Shown: positions 1 through 10,434, counted from the first letter of the stretch. The stretch: DNA of 64,000 nt from an uncultured Verrucomicrobiae bacterium (GCA_963707025.1 CAVPOM010000002.1:1-64000); one strand, 5' to 3'. Translations and numbers: made by a program. The notes: generated by a model from the sequence alone, not told the origin.

Positions 1-67
1 TCGTAAGCGGATAAGCGGCAACCCCGGTAGGCAGGCAAGGAAGTTGCTTGCCGCTGGCCGTTGTATT

Positions 68-1594
68 TCAGGCGGCCAGCCTGTCTTGCTGTTGACGGGC
101 TTTCTTCCAGTTGAGCGGCGTCAGTTGGCCGATTTCCTGGTTGGTCGTGGTGGGCAGGCGCTCCAGCACGTCTTTGAGGTAGGTATAGGGTTCCACGCCC
201 TGGCGTCGGCAGTTTTCGATCAGGGTGTAAAGGACGGCGCTGCGCTGGCCGGCTTCTTCGGAGCCGAAGAAGAGCCAGTTCTTTTTGCCGATGGCGGTGG
301 GCCGGATGGCGTTTTCCACCAGGTTATTATCGATCTCCACTTCGCCGTGGTCCAGGAACCGTGCCAAGGTCGGCCATTGGTTCAAGGTATAGCTGATGGC
401 CTGACCCAGCGGGCTTTGCGGCAGGTAGCGCGGGCGCAGCCGGTGCAGTGCGCGATGAAAGCGTTCCACCACCATGCGGCTGTGGGCGCGACGATGGGCT
501 TGGCGCAAGGCAGGCCCGGCCCGGCTCAACCGCAGTTGTCTCTCCCAGCCATACATCTGGCCGATCTGGTTTAAAAACCAGCCCGCCACTTGGGGCGCTT
601 GTGCCTGCGCCTCAAAAAATCCACGCCGGGCATGGGCCCAGCAGCCGAACAGTTCCACCGCCTTGTTTTTGACAAAGGCGGGATAGGCGCTATAGCCGTC
701 GCTTTGCAGCTTGCCCTGGTAGCCTGAACCTAAGAGGGAGTCCAAACAACGGGCCGCCCGGCTGGCGTGCCATTCATAGACCACGCCCTGGCCGGGCACC
801 GAGGCCGCCCACAGATAACCCTGGCCGCAGCGGCCTGGCAGGTCGGGGTCTTGATAGCGCACCGGCGTTTCATCCACCTGCACATAACGGCTCTGACGCA
901 GTTGCTTTTTGAGGTCATCGCGGATGGCCGAGAGCAGACGCACGCTCTGCGCGGTCCATTGCACCATCTGTTGCCGGCTGATGAACACATCGTGCCGTTG
1001 CCGAAAAATCTGTTCCTGCCGGTAGAAGGGCAGATGATCACAATACTTGCTCACCAGGATTTGCGCCAGCAAGCCGGGCGCGGCCAGGCCATGCTCGGCC
1101 ACTTGGGCCGGGGCGGGCGCGATCACCGGCGGCAGTTCCCGCCTGCCCAGGCGCACATACTTGGGCCGCACCGTTTCCTGCCAGAAGAACTGGCCCGGTT
1201 GATAATCCAGCCGACGGCTGATTTCCTCACCGATCTTTTTCCATTGGTTGGGCTCGGCCCGCACCAGCTCCGGTTCGATCACTTGGCGCACCACTTCCAG
1301 GTGGTCCGGGGTGCGAATACGTTTGGAAGTGGCAAAAACAGGGCGCGGCGCGGGCCGCGCCGGCGGCTCCTTCTTTTCTTCGGAGACGACATTCTCCACC
1401 AACCCCTGGAGGAGCAACTCCAGTTGGGCGGCATTCAACTGCTCGCTCTTTTTGCCAAAGAACCGCCGGGCCAACGCATCGAGCTTTTGGCGCAAGACCG
1501 TGTTCTCGCGCTGGGCCTGTTCCAACGCCTGCTGCAAGGAGGAGACTTGCTCTTGCAGCCGGTTGAATTGAGTTTGTAGTTCCGCCAGAGTCAT
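68..1594 (-). CDS. tnpC: IS66 DDE transposase TnpC
   Basis: N-terminal coiled coil, FGKKSEQ, SKYCDHLPFYRQ, VQVDETP, LQSDGY, CWAHARR, IDNNLVENAIRP and GKKNWLFFGS motifs. Confidence 0.95.
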   Translation of the reverse strand: MTLAELQTQFNRLQEQVSSLQQALEQAQRENTVLRQKLDALARRFFGKKSEQLNAAQLELLLQGLVENVVSEEKKEPPARPAPRPVFATSKRIRTPDHLEVVRQVIEPELVRAEPNQWKKIGEEISRRLDYQPGQFFWQETVRPKYVRLGRRELPPVIAPAPAQVAEHGLAAPGLLAQILVSKYCDHLPFYRQEQIFRQRHDVFISRQQMVQWTAQSVRLLSAIRDDLKKQLRQSRYVQVDETPVRYQDPDLPGRCGQGYLWAASVPGQGVVYEWHASRAARCLDSLLGSGYQGKLQSDGYSAYPAFVKNKAVELFGCWAHARRGFFEAQAQAPQVAGWFLNQIGQMYGWERQLRLSRAGPALRQAHRRAHSRMVVERFHRALHRLRPRYLPQSPLGQAISYTLNQWPTLARFLDHGEVEIDNNLVENAIRPTAIGKKNWLFFGSEEAGQRSAVLYTLIENCRRQGVEPYTYLKDVLERLPTTTNQEIGQLTPLNWKKARQQQDRLAA

Positions 1595-1670
1595 CGTCTG
1601 TCAATCAGACGATCCGTCGCTCAAGATGTTCAATCTTTTTTGCGATTTTATGAAAAAATGTTCTTATGCT

Positions 1671-2027
1671 TTACGCAGTGGTCTCATACCAGGCCCGGCG
1701 CGCCCCGTCCTTCAAATCCACCCCGTCCAGTAGCAGCTGCAAGGCTTGCGGGGCCAGGCGCAGTTTGGCCCCGGGCGCGCCCGCGCTCTGCGGCCAGTGA
1801 AACGTGCCCTCTTCCAGCCGCTTGGACAGCACGCAGACGCCCGTGCCGTCAAAATAAAGAATCTTGATCCGGTTGTGCCGCCGGTTGCCAAAGACAAACA
1901 ACGCCCCGCCTTTGGGATCTTCCCCCAGCCGTTCCTGCGCCGCCGCCCACAGCCCGTTGAAGTTCATCCGCAAATCGCACGGCGCGGTCGCCAGGAACAC
2001 CTTGAGATGCGCGTGAAAACTCAGCAT
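1671..2027 (-). CDS. tnpB: IS66 accessory protein TnpB
   Basis: From ATG at 2027: MLSFHAHLKVFLATAPCDLRMNFNGL...LFVFGNRRHNRIKILYFDGTG...KRLEEGTF; overlaps the tnpA stop. Confidence 0.93.
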   Translation of the reverse strand: MLSFHAHLKVFLATAPCDLRMNFNGLWAAAQERLGEDPKGGALFVFGNRRHNRIKILYFDGTGVCVLSKRLEEGTFHWPQSAGAPGAKLRLAPQALQLLLDGVDLKDGARRAWYETTA

Positions 2028-2356
2028 CGCGGGCCTTCCTGGAGGAGTTGCAGCAGCCGCGCCGCCAGGGGCAATTGCGCTTCCGACACCAGACGCAGCC
2101 GGACGGTGCCCATTTCCAGCACCAACTCCGCAGGCGCCACAGGAGGGGCCAACTCCACTTGGACAAAAGCGGGCGAGGCTTTGGCCTGATCCCGGCGCTG
2201 CCGCCAACCGCAAAAGGTGGTGTAATGAAGGCCCTGCTGACGGGCAAAATCGGCGGCGGACAACCCGCTGCGATCAAACGCTGCCAGTAGTTGAGCGCGT
2301 TGGGTGGCATCGGTGTGGGCCGCGCGGCGACGCGCAGAAACTCTGTTTTGCTTCAC
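2021..2356 (-). CDS. tnpA: IS66 accessory protein TnpA (HTH)
   Basis: SGLSAADFARQQGLHYTTFCGWRQR HTH and PAFVQVEL motif; first ORF inside the IS66 repeats. Confidence 0.88.
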   Translation of the reverse strand: MKQNRVSARRRAAHTDATQRAQLLAAFDRSGLSAADFARQQGLHYTTFCGWRQRRDQAKASPAFVQVELAPPVAPAELVLEMGTVRLRLVSEAQLPLAARLLQLLQEGPRC

Positions 2357-2450
2357 GCCCGCGTTTGTATCACGCCCCGCCCAAGGCGAATAGGGGGACG
2401 CCGCTTATCCGCTTACGGATATTCGATCATTCTGCCTTATCTTGTGCCAG

Positions 2451-4049
2451 ATGCGATTTCATGGCCCGATCCATCCCGGTGCGGTGCTGTGCGCGGGCCT
2501 GATGTTGTCCGCGCCCCCGGGGCGCGCGGCGGACGTGCTGGCCAATCCCGGCTTTGAGCTGGGGCAGGTTCCTTTGGGCTGGAACACCTACGGCGCAATC
2601 TCTCACAACGTTCTCATCCAAACTTCGGCCGCCATTGCTCATGGCGGGACCAATTACTTGAAGGTCTATCAGGGCTTCAACGGTTCCGTCAACTACAGCG
2701 GCGTTTACCAGGACAACGTCTCGGGGCCGGGCGCGGTTTTTGCCGCCGATGGCTGGGCTTGCACCAGTTCAGGGGATGCCCTGGCCGGCCAGAACGCGGC
2801 CTGGATCGAGGTCACCTTCCGCGATGCCACCGCCAATATTCTCGCCCTCTACCGTTCGGCCCAGATCACCACCAATGTCCTGGCCAAAGGCTCTTTTCCA
2901 AAAAACACCTGGATTGATTTGCCGATCACCAACCAATACAACCCCAATACCGATGCCATCACCAATTTTGCCAGCAGCCTGGTCGCCCCCGCCGGCACGA
3001 GTTTCGTCCGCTATCAAGTCACCTTCCTGGGCGACGCCAGCAACAGCGCCGGCTCGGTTTATTTTGATGATCTGGCCCTGGTTCAAACTGGCGGCGGCCC
3101 CATGGGAAACTGGAACATTGTCTGGAGCGATGAATTTAGCGGAACCTCGATCAATCCGGCGACCTGGAGCTTTGAGATCGGCAACGGAAGCGGCGGCTGG
3201 GGCAACAACGAGCTGGAGTATTACACCAGTCTGCCGCAAAACGCCTGCGTCTCCAACGGCCTGCTCCACATCGTCGCGCTTTACCAATCCTACAACGGTT
3301 TCCATTACACTTCCGCGCGCATGAAGACAGAGGGACTCTTTACCGCCCAATACGGACGCTTTGTGTTCCGGGCCAAACTGCCCACCGGCGCCGGCTATTG
3401 GCCCGCCCTCTGGATGCTGCCGGAGGGTTCCGTTTACGGCGGCTGGCCGGCTTCCGGAGAAATTGATGTCATGGAGAATATCGGGACCATCCCCACCAAC
3501 GTTTTGGGAACCATCCATTTTGGCGGGGCCTATCCGAACCAGGCGCAATCCTACGGCCCGTCCTGCAATCTTCTCCCGGCTGATTCCGTCACGAACTTCC
3601 ACATTTATCTGCTCGATTGGACGACCAATGCCATCAGTTGGTACCTCGACGGGCAACTCTACGAAACTCAGACCAATTGGTGGAGTTCGAGCAACCCGAC
3701 CAACACCAGCATCCGCAATCCATATCCGGCTCCGTTCAACGAGCCGTTTTATATCATCATGAATTTGGCCGTGGGAGGCTCGTTGGGCGGCGCTCCCGAT
3801 AACTCCGCTTTTCCCGGCGACATGCAGGTGGATTACGTCCGCCTCTACAACTTGACCGCCCCCCTCCAGCTTTCCGCCGCGGCCGGACCTGACACGGTCA
3901 CGCTGAGCTGGCCGTCCAACCTCGTCTGCCATCTGGTCTCGACAAGGAATGTGACGGCGGCCAATTGGACCAATGTTCCCGGAGCGGCCAATCCCCTGGT
4001 GCTCAGCCGCAGTACTTCCGCCGCTTTCTATCGTTTGGTTTCGCCCTGA
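2451..4049 (+). CDS. Secreted GH16 beta-glucanase/laminarinase-like glycoside hydrolase with N-terminal CBM-like domain
   Basis: Signal peptide; NPGFE-type CBM start; WSDEFSG, GWGNNELEYY, WPALWML, catalytic EIDVME, NLAVGG, MQVDYVR. Confidence 0.9.
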   Translation: MRFHGPIHPGAVLCAGLMLSAPPGRAADVLANPGFELGQVPLGWNTYGAISHNVLIQTSAAIAHGGTNYLKVYQGFNGSVNYSGVYQDNVSGPGAVFAADGWACTSSGDALAGQNAAWIEVTFRDATANILALYRSAQITTNVLAKGSFPKNTWIDLPITNQYNPNTDAITNFASSLVAPAGTSFVRYQVTFLGDASNSAGSVYFDDLALVQTGGGPMGNWNIVWSDEFSGTSINPATWSFEIGNGSGGWGNNELEYYTSLPQNACVSNGLLHIVALYQSYNGFHYTSARMKTEGLFTAQYGRFVFRAKLPTGAGYWPALWMLPEGSVYGGWPASGEIDVMENIGTIPTNVLGTIHFGGAYPNQAQSYGPSCNLLPADSVTNFHIYLLDWTTNAISWYLDGQLYETQTNWWSSSNPTNTSIRNPYPAPFNEPFYIIMNLAVGGSLGGAPDNSAFPGDMQVDYVRLYNLTAPLQLSAAAGPDTVTLSWPSNLVCHLVSTRNVTAANWTNVPGAANPLVLSRSTSAAFYRLVSP

Positions 4050-4165
4050 TGCACCCGACCCGGCGCCGCTTTCATCCCCAGTCCGGCCCTGTGCGGAACT
4101 CATTCGGTTGGCCATGACAATTTCACGCTGTCGTGGCCGTCGCCGGCAAGCGTCTTTGCGCCTTA

Positions 4166-4257
4166 TACCTTTTCCGGTTTGCTTTTGCACTGTAGCGGCG
4201 GTCTGCGACCGCCGCAAATCGCCTTGGCAATAGTGCAGTTACAAACTGGAAACGGTA
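4166..4257. mobile_element. 92-bp MITE-like element, copy 1
   Basis: Imperfect 26-bp terminal inverted repeats (20/26), flanked by TTA on both sides; internal GTAGCGGCGGTCTGCGACCGCCG hairpin; 86/92 identical to 58556-58647. Confidence 0.8.
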
Positions 4258-4412
4258 TTACTCCACGCCGAGCCGCCTTTCCCCTGTTGTCTGGTCCCTG
4301 GCGACGAACCCCGTTGTCAACCAAAACGGCATGCTGAGCGTGACCCTGCAACCGGGTGGATCCAGCCACACCCTGTTTTTCCGCCCGGCCGCTCCCTGAA
4401 CTTTATGGAATG

Positions 4413-5528
4413 TCACCTTGGCCCGGCCGCATCCAACTTCATGATTTCATCCATCATCATCTTGCAAGTATTCCATGGATTATTCCCGCCGGCGCCGCCC
4501 TTGTAATCTTTGGCCAGAAACGAGCCGGCATCGGACCAGACCGTCTGCATAACTCCCTGGAAGCGTTCCCTCATTTCCGGGGTCGAGCTTTTCCTGAATT
4601 TCACCATGTCCTGCGCCTGGGCGACGGCATTTTCCGGGGTTCGCCAGGGACAGGAAACGACCTTGAATCCTTTGACCGCGAAGTAAACAGCCGTTTGCTC
4701 GGGGCGCTCGTAATGCCAATCACAGATGGTCACATCCTTGGGAATCAGATCAATGGCCCGGCCAGTGTTATTGTAACTGGCCTCCCACATGCCCAGTCCG
4801 GTAGTCCTGCCATCCAACAGACGATCTCCCCACATCCAAAGACTCCGGCCTTTGAGGGCGAGATGATCGTGAAGGGCGCGGACTTCGTTGGCGAACAGCC
4901 CGGCTTTGTCCCGGCCGGCACATCGGGGACACTTGTCGTCGCCAATATAAAACACCTCATCCATGCCGGCGTGGAAGGCGTCGGCCTCGAAGGCGTCACA
5001 CAGCTCATCCATCAGGCTGAAGACCACCTCGTGAACTTTGGGGTGCAGGGGACAATAGCTCTTGCAATACAACCCGTCGGGATTGGGCCATTGGTACTTG
5101 GCCGGCATTTTCACCTGGGGAGTTTCGTCAAACTCCGGGTATTGCCGCAGCAAATTACCGGTAGTTCCCGCCCAGGATTGATGTCCTAACAGGTCTATCT
5201 GCGGAATAATCCTCAAATGATTCGTCCGGCAAACATTCACCAATTTTTTGACATCCTCCTGAGAAAGGGCTCCTTTGTCCATCAACTCGGGATGGCTTTT
5301 GTATTGATAATTGTAGTTCACCATCAATATCAAGGTGTTCACATGCCGGGAGGGGAGTTCGCTGCTGATAAAGGCAATAAACTCATCCAGGTCCCTTGTC
5401 CGCGGAGCAGCAATACAAAATCCGCGAACGGGCATCACATTATCCAAGTTGGTTTGCGGCCTGGCGGTTCCGGCCAGCGCCCCAAGGCCGATCGTGGCAA
5501 CCAGGTTCCTCAAGAATGGCATCCTCAT
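4413..5528 (-). CDS. Secreted family 20-like glycoside hydrolase
   Basis: Signal peptide; IIPQIDLLGHQS and FHAGMDEVF (H-x-G-x-D-E GH20-type catalytic motif); MWGDRLL. Confidence 0.8.
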   Translation of the reverse strand: MRMPFLRNLVATIGLGALAGTARPQTNLDNVMPVRGFCIAAPRTRDLDEFIAFISSELPSRHVNTLILMVNYNYQYKSHPELMDKGALSQEDVKKLVNVCRTNHLRIIPQIDLLGHQSWAGTTGNLLRQYPEFDETPQVKMPAKYQWPNPDGLYCKSYCPLHPKVHEVVFSLMDELCDAFEADAFHAGMDEVFYIGDDKCPRCAGRDKAGLFANEVRALHDHLALKGRSLWMWGDRLLDGRTTGLGMWEASYNNTGRAIDLIPKDVTICDWHYERPEQTAVYFAVKGFKVVSCPWRTPENAVAQAQDMVKFRKSSTPEMRERFQGVMQTVWSDAGSFLAKDYKGGAGGNNPWNTCKMMMDEIMKLDAAGPR

Positions 5529-5668
5529 ACTTGAATGCGGCGTGAATTCCGCCGCATCTGCTTCACCATGGCCGAAAACACCGGGCTTTGTCAAACGTCT
5601 TGTGCTTCAAGTTGGGTGGCCCATCGTGCTGGATCAGTTCAGCCGGCGGATCATCGGCTTTGGGGCTG

Positions 5669-6070
5669 CTAAAACATCCGGTCCAACGGGGATTCCCTCC
5701 GGACTTCACTCCAATAGCTCTGCGCGCCGTCCGGGCGGCGCAGACGCAGCGGGTCCTTGCCCAGCGCCCGCAAGACCAACCCCAGAGGCGTGAGGATGAT
5801 GAAAAAAAAGAGCGCCAGGGCGGCGCGACCCGCCATCCGGCTGAGGCCGAATCCCAGCTTTGCGGAAAGGCGATAATACGCCCGAAACCATCGCGGCCGC
5901 AGCGCCGCGGCCGCGGCCAGCCCGGCCAGCAAGCCCAGCACCAACCCCCAAGCCGCCGCGGGCAGAACGCGCCGCCAGCGCAGCAGGCTGCTGAACAGCG
6001 CCAGACCCAGCGCGCTCAACCAGGCCGCCTTGCGCCATTCCTTCGGCTCTTCTTTCAGTTTCAGTTTCAT
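5669..6070 (-). CDS. SxtJ-family small membrane protein
   Basis: TM helices then LFFFIILTPLGLVLRALGKDPL...SYW...MF C-terminus; downstream of a carbamoyltransferase. Confidence 0.8.
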   Translation of the reverse strand: MKLKLKEEPKEWRKAAWLSALGLALFSSLLRWRRVLPAAAWGLVLGLLAGLAAAAALRPRWFRAYYRLSAKLGFGLSRMAGRAALALFFFIILTPLGLVLRALGKDPLRLRRPDGAQSYWSEVRRESPLDRMF

Positions 6071-6134
6071 GCTGGATGTTATCCCGTTTTATTTTCGATG
6101 CCTTTGGCGAAAACAGAATGAAATCCTATACAAT

Positions 6135-7958
6135 TTAGTCCGCCTGCGGCGCGACGCGCCGATCGGGCGGGCGCGCCGGCTGCTCCGCCCGGTCCAGCAA
6201 AAAGTCCCCCATCACCAGGCCATCCATTTCGGTGTGAACGAAACACCGGTAGGCGTCCTCCGGCGAGCAGACGATCGGCTCGCCCCGCACGTTGAAGGAA
6301 GTATTGACCAGCACGCCGCAGCGGGTGGCGCCTTCAAAGCGCAGCAACAGTTCGTAGAGAAGCGGATTGTCCGGGCGCGCCACCGTTTGGATCCGCGCCG
6401 AGTAGTCCACATGCGTCACCGCCGGCAGGGTGGAGTGCGCCTGCTTGAGCAACTCCAGTCCCTTGGCGCCCGTTGGCACGGGCAGGCGCAAGTCCGGCCG
6501 AATCGGCGCCGTCAGCAGCATGTAGGGCGACTCCTCAGTCAAGTCAAAGTATTCCGCGACCCGTTCGCGCCGCACGATGGGCGCGAAAGGGCGGAAGGAT
6601 TCGCGAAATTTCACCTTCAGGTTGATGACCGATTGCATGCGCGCCGACCGGGCGTCGCCCAGGATCGAGCGGTTGCCCAGGGCGCGCGGTCCGAATTCCA
6701 TCCGCCCCTGGAACCAGCCGATCACTTTGCCCTGCCGCAGCAATTCAACGGTGGCATCGAGCAAGGCGGTGGTGGGCAGCCGTTGGAATTTGGCCCCGTG
6801 GCTGCGCAAGGCCGCTTCGATTTCCTCGTTGGAGTATTCCGGTCCCAACAGCGCGCCCCGCATCGCGTCCGCCTTGGCCGCAACGGAGCCGGCTGGATTG
6901 GGTTGAGCGTGCCAGGCGGCCAACGCGGCGCCCAGCGCGCCCCCGGCGTCGCTGGCGGCCGGCTGGATCCAGATGCCATCGAAAATGCGCTCGCGCAGGA
7001 GCCGCCCGTTGGCCACGCAATTGAGCGCCACGCCGCCCGCCAGGCAAAGATGCTTTTCCCCCGTCAATTCCCGCGCGTGGCGGGCCAGGCGCAGCATCAC
7101 TTCCTCCGTCACGGCCTGAATCGAGCGGGCGACATCCATGTGGCGCTGCTCGATGGTTTGCTCCGGGCGGCGCGGCGGCCCGCCGAACAACCGGTGAAAG
7201 CGGCCCCGGGTCATGGTCGTGCCGCGCAGAAAATTGAAGTAGTCCAAATTCATCCAGAAGGAACCGTCGGCTTTCAGGTCCAACAATTCCCGCAGGATCA
7301 CGTCCGCGTAAACCGGTTGGCCGTAGGGGGCCAGGCCCATCAGTTTGTACTCGCCGGAATTGATGCGAAACCCGCAGTAATCCGTGAAGGCCGAGTAGAG
7401 CATGCCCAGCGAATGGGGGAAGCGCAGTTCCTTGAGCAGCTCAATCGTGTCTCCGCGCCCGCGGCCAATCGTCGTCGTGGCCCATTCCCCCACCGCGTCC
7501 ACGGTCAGGATGGCCGCGTCGGTGAAGGGCGACGGATAGAATGCGCTGGCGGCGTGGGCCTGGTGATGCGCCGTGAACAGGGTCGGACACTCCGCACGCA
7601 GGCCCGGCAACTCCTCGCGCATGGTTTTGCGCAGATCCAATTTCCCTCCCAGCCAGTTGGCAACCACTTCCGGGAATGTCCGCCATCCGCCCGGCGCCAC
7701 CGCCAGATACGTTTCCAGCAGGCGGGTAAATTTCAGCACCGGCTTGTCATAAAAAACGACGCAGTCCAGGTCTGCGGCCTCCAGCCCGCCGTAACGCAGG
7801 CAAAAGGCGATGGCCTGCCGCGGAAAATCCGGCTCGTTCTTGATCCGCGTAAACCGTTCTTCCTGGGCGGCGGCGACGATCTGCCCATCGCGCAGCAACG
7901 CGGCGGCGGCGTCGTGGTAATAGGCGGAGATTCCCAGAACATGGCGCGGCGGCGGCAT
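6135..7958 (-). CDS. NodU/CmcH-family carbamoyltransferase
   Basis: LGISAYYHDAAA, AAQEERFTRIK, HHQAHAASAF, SGEYKLMGLAPYG, LAGGVALNCVANG, MEFGPRALGNRSIL, KFRESFRPFAP, NTSFNVRGEPIV. Confidence 0.95.
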   Translation of the reverse strand: MPPPRHVLGISAYYHDAAAALLRDGQIVAAAQEERFTRIKNEPDFPRQAIAFCLRYGGLEAADLDCVVFYDKPVLKFTRLLETYLAVAPGGWRTFPEVVANWLGGKLDLRKTMREELPGLRAECPTLFTAHHQAHAASAFYPSPFTDAAILTVDAVGEWATTTIGRGRGDTIELLKELRFPHSLGMLYSAFTDYCGFRINSGEYKLMGLAPYGQPVYADVILRELLDLKADGSFWMNLDYFNFLRGTTMTRGRFHRLFGGPPRRPEQTIEQRHMDVARSIQAVTEEVMLRLARHARELTGEKHLCLAGGVALNCVANGRLLRERIFDGIWIQPAASDAGGALGAALAAWHAQPNPAGSVAAKADAMRGALLGPEYSNEEIEAALRSHGAKFQRLPTTALLDATVELLRQGKVIGWFQGRMEFGPRALGNRSILGDARSARMQSVINLKVKFRESFRPFAPIVRRERVAEYFDLTEESPYMLLTAPIRPDLRLPVPTGAKGLELLKQAHSTLPAVTHVDYSARIQTVARPDNPLLYELLLRFEGATRCGVLVNTSFNVRGEPIVCSPEDAYRCFVHTEMDGLVMGDFLLDRAEQPARPPDRRVAPQAD

Positions 7959-7961
7959 CGC

Positions 7962-8114
7962 TTACATGAATGGATACAGCGCCCAGGCAATCCCCGATGT
8001 GGCTGTAAAGATGAGAAAGGCGCCCAGCGCCAGCAACAGGACAATCAGCGGGATCAGCCACCACTTCTTCTCCTGCTTGCAGAAGCCAAGAAACTCTTTG
8101 AACAAGGGCCACAT
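7962..8114 (-). CDS. DUF5989/SxtK-like 50-aa membrane peptide
   Basis: MWPLFKEFLGFCKQEKKWWLIPLIVLLLALGAFLIFTATSGIAWALYPFM; KKWWL-P motif; ends 3 bp before the carbamoyltransferase start. Confidence 0.85.
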   Translation of the reverse strand: MWPLFKEFLGFCKQEKKWWLIPLIVLLLALGAFLIFTATSGIAWALYPFM

Positions 8115-8445
8115 GCTGGCGCCTACTCTAGGGCTTTGGGATTTAATTTGGAAGATTAATGTCACTGGGCGCCGGCGCCCGGCGACCCATCCGCCGCGGC
8201 GTCGCGAGGCGCAACGCGGCGCGCCTTCCGGCGTCTTTTCCGGCGGACAGCCGGGCGGGACGCTGCGCCGGCCTTGATCCCGATTCCGAATCGGGACGGC
8301 GTCCCCGCCTGGGAACCGTCCAAAAAGCGAGATGCTCCCCCCTGGAATTTTGGTGCAAATGGCTCCTTGTCTTCCATCCCGCCAATCCCTACACTGGCGG
8401 GAGGACTTGATTGAAAAACCAGTGGCAAGCCCGGAAGAATCACTT

Positions 8446-10358
8446 ATGAAAACCCATTCCATCATGGCGGCCAATTCCATCCCCAACCGCACGGCGGCTT
8501 GGATCCCCGCTGCCGTTGCCTGTGTGACGCTGGCCCTCTGCCCGCTCACGCACGCTCAGTCGCGGCAGAAGACTTTTACTGGCTTCGCCGCGCCGGCCAA
8601 AGAGTGGCTGGCCAAGATGACGCTGGAGGAGAAGATTGGGCAAATGTGCCAGCCGGATCAATCCGCCCTCAAAACGCCTGACGATATCGAGAAATACTTT
8701 CTCGGTTCCCTCCTGAGCGGCGGCGGTTCGGGTCCGGCCAACAAAGCCAACTACACTTTGCAGGGGTGGACCGACATGGTGGATGGTTATCAGCGACACG
8801 CGCTCAAGACGCGATTGGCAATTCCGCTGCTTTATGGCGTGGATGCGGTGCATGGTCACAACAACATTCCCGGGGCCGTCGTTTTTCCGCACAATATTGG
8901 ATTGGGCTGCGCGGGCGACCCGGGCTGGTGGAGAAAATTGAACGCGTCACGGCGCAGGAAGTTCGCGCCACTGGCATCAACTGGGTCTTCGCCCCCTGCG
9001 TCGCCGTGCCGCGGGATGACCGGTGGGGCCGCACTTATGAAGGATATTCCGAAAGTCCCGACCTGGTGGCCAGTCTGGGGGCGGCGGCCGTGCAGGGTTT
9101 CCAAGGGGACAATCTGGCTGATCCGCTGGCCGTCCTGGCCTGCGCCAAGCACTACCTGGCCGATGGCGGCACCTCCTATGGCTCGGCCCACATGAACAAC
9201 GGCCGCGGTTTGGATCAGGGCAACACGCTCTGCGATGAGCCGACGCTGCGCCGGGTTTTTTTGCCCGGTTATGTCGCGACCGTCCAGGCGGGCGTGGGCA
9301 CCATCATGCCTTCCTACAGCAGTTGGAACGGGGTGAAGTGCTCGGCCAGCAAACATTTGCTGACGGACATTCTCAAAAATGAACTCGGCTTCGAAGGCTT
9401 TATCATTTCCGATTACAACGCGATTGATCAAATCACGCCGGATTACAAACAGGACATCGCGATTGCCATCAACGCCGGCATTGACATGGTCATGCTCACC
9501 GGCCAATACGCCGATTATTGCGTGAAGCTCAAGGAGTTGGTCGGCGAAGGCAAGGTGCCTCTGTCGCGCATTGACGATGCGGTCACGCGCATCCTGCGGG
9601 TCAAGCTGGCCCTGGGCTTGATGGACCCGAAACGGCCGCCGCTGGCGGACCGGAGTTTGTGGAATTCATTTGGTTCAGCCGAACATCGCGCGGTGGCCCG
9701 CCAGGCCGTTCGTCAATCCATGGTGTTGCTCAAGAACAATAACAACGTGCTGCCCGTGTCCAAGAAAGTCACCCACCTTCATGTGGCCGGTGTGGGGGCT
9801 GACAATTTGGGAATGCAATGCGGCGGCTGGACGATCAACTGGCAGGGGGCGATGACCAATCAAATTCCCGGCGGCACGACCATCCTGGAGGCCATCAAAA
9901 ATGCCGTTTCCAAAGATACAAAGGTTACTTACTCCAAGGATGGCACGGGCGCGGAAGGCGCGGATGTCGCGGTGGTTGTGCTGGGCGAAAAACCGTACGC
10001 CGAGTATGAAGGCGACAGCGTCAACCTTTCCCTCGCGCCGGAAAACTTCCAGACCCTGGCCAACGTGAAAAGAGCGGGCATCCCGACGGCCGTCATTTTG
10101 TTGAGCGGCCGTCCCGTGATTTTGGGCGCCATTTTAGATCAAGCCGACGCCCTGCTGGCGGCCTGGCTGCCGGGGTCGGAGGGCCAGGGAGTGGCCGACG
10201 TGCTCTTCGGCGATTACAGCCCGACAGGCAAGCTGTCGCATTCCTGGCCGCGGTCGGTGTCGCAGCTTCCGATCAATGCGGGTGACAAGGATTACGATCC
10301 GTTGTTCAAGTTGGGTTATCAATTAAGCTATGGGAAAAAACAGCCAGGCGGTTTTTAA
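8446..10358 (+). CDS. Secreted GH3 beta-glucosidase; one frameshift at ~8922-8925
   Basis: [10 protein letters not shown] and [11 protein letters not shown] in frame 1. [28 protein letters not shown] and AAWLPGSEG in the second frame. The frames join by adding one base at GACCCGGGCTGGTG. Confidence 0.88.
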
Positions 10359-10434
10359 TGTTGAAACCTTTCCAATCTGCAAGGCCGATCAGGATTCTTA
10401 AAAATTGGCGTGCCATGATCCGGCCACTCTGAAG

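Larger units (their letters stand above)
3..2416 (-). mobile_element. Complete IS66-family insertion sequence (tnpA-tnpB-tnpC)
   Basis: Terminal inverted repeats GTAAGCGGATAAGCGGCAACCCC (3-25) and GGGGACGCCGCTTATCCGCTTAC (2394-2416). GTAAGCG termini and the three-ORF layout are typical of IS66. The 8 bp after the right end (GGATATTC, 2417-2424) end in TC, matching window bases 1-2, consistent with an 8-bp target duplication. Confidence 0.95.

Noticed and set aside
5669..8114. Saxitoxin biosynthesis cluster
   Set aside because: No sxtA, sxtG or other pathway genes; only the widespread I/J/K-like module.
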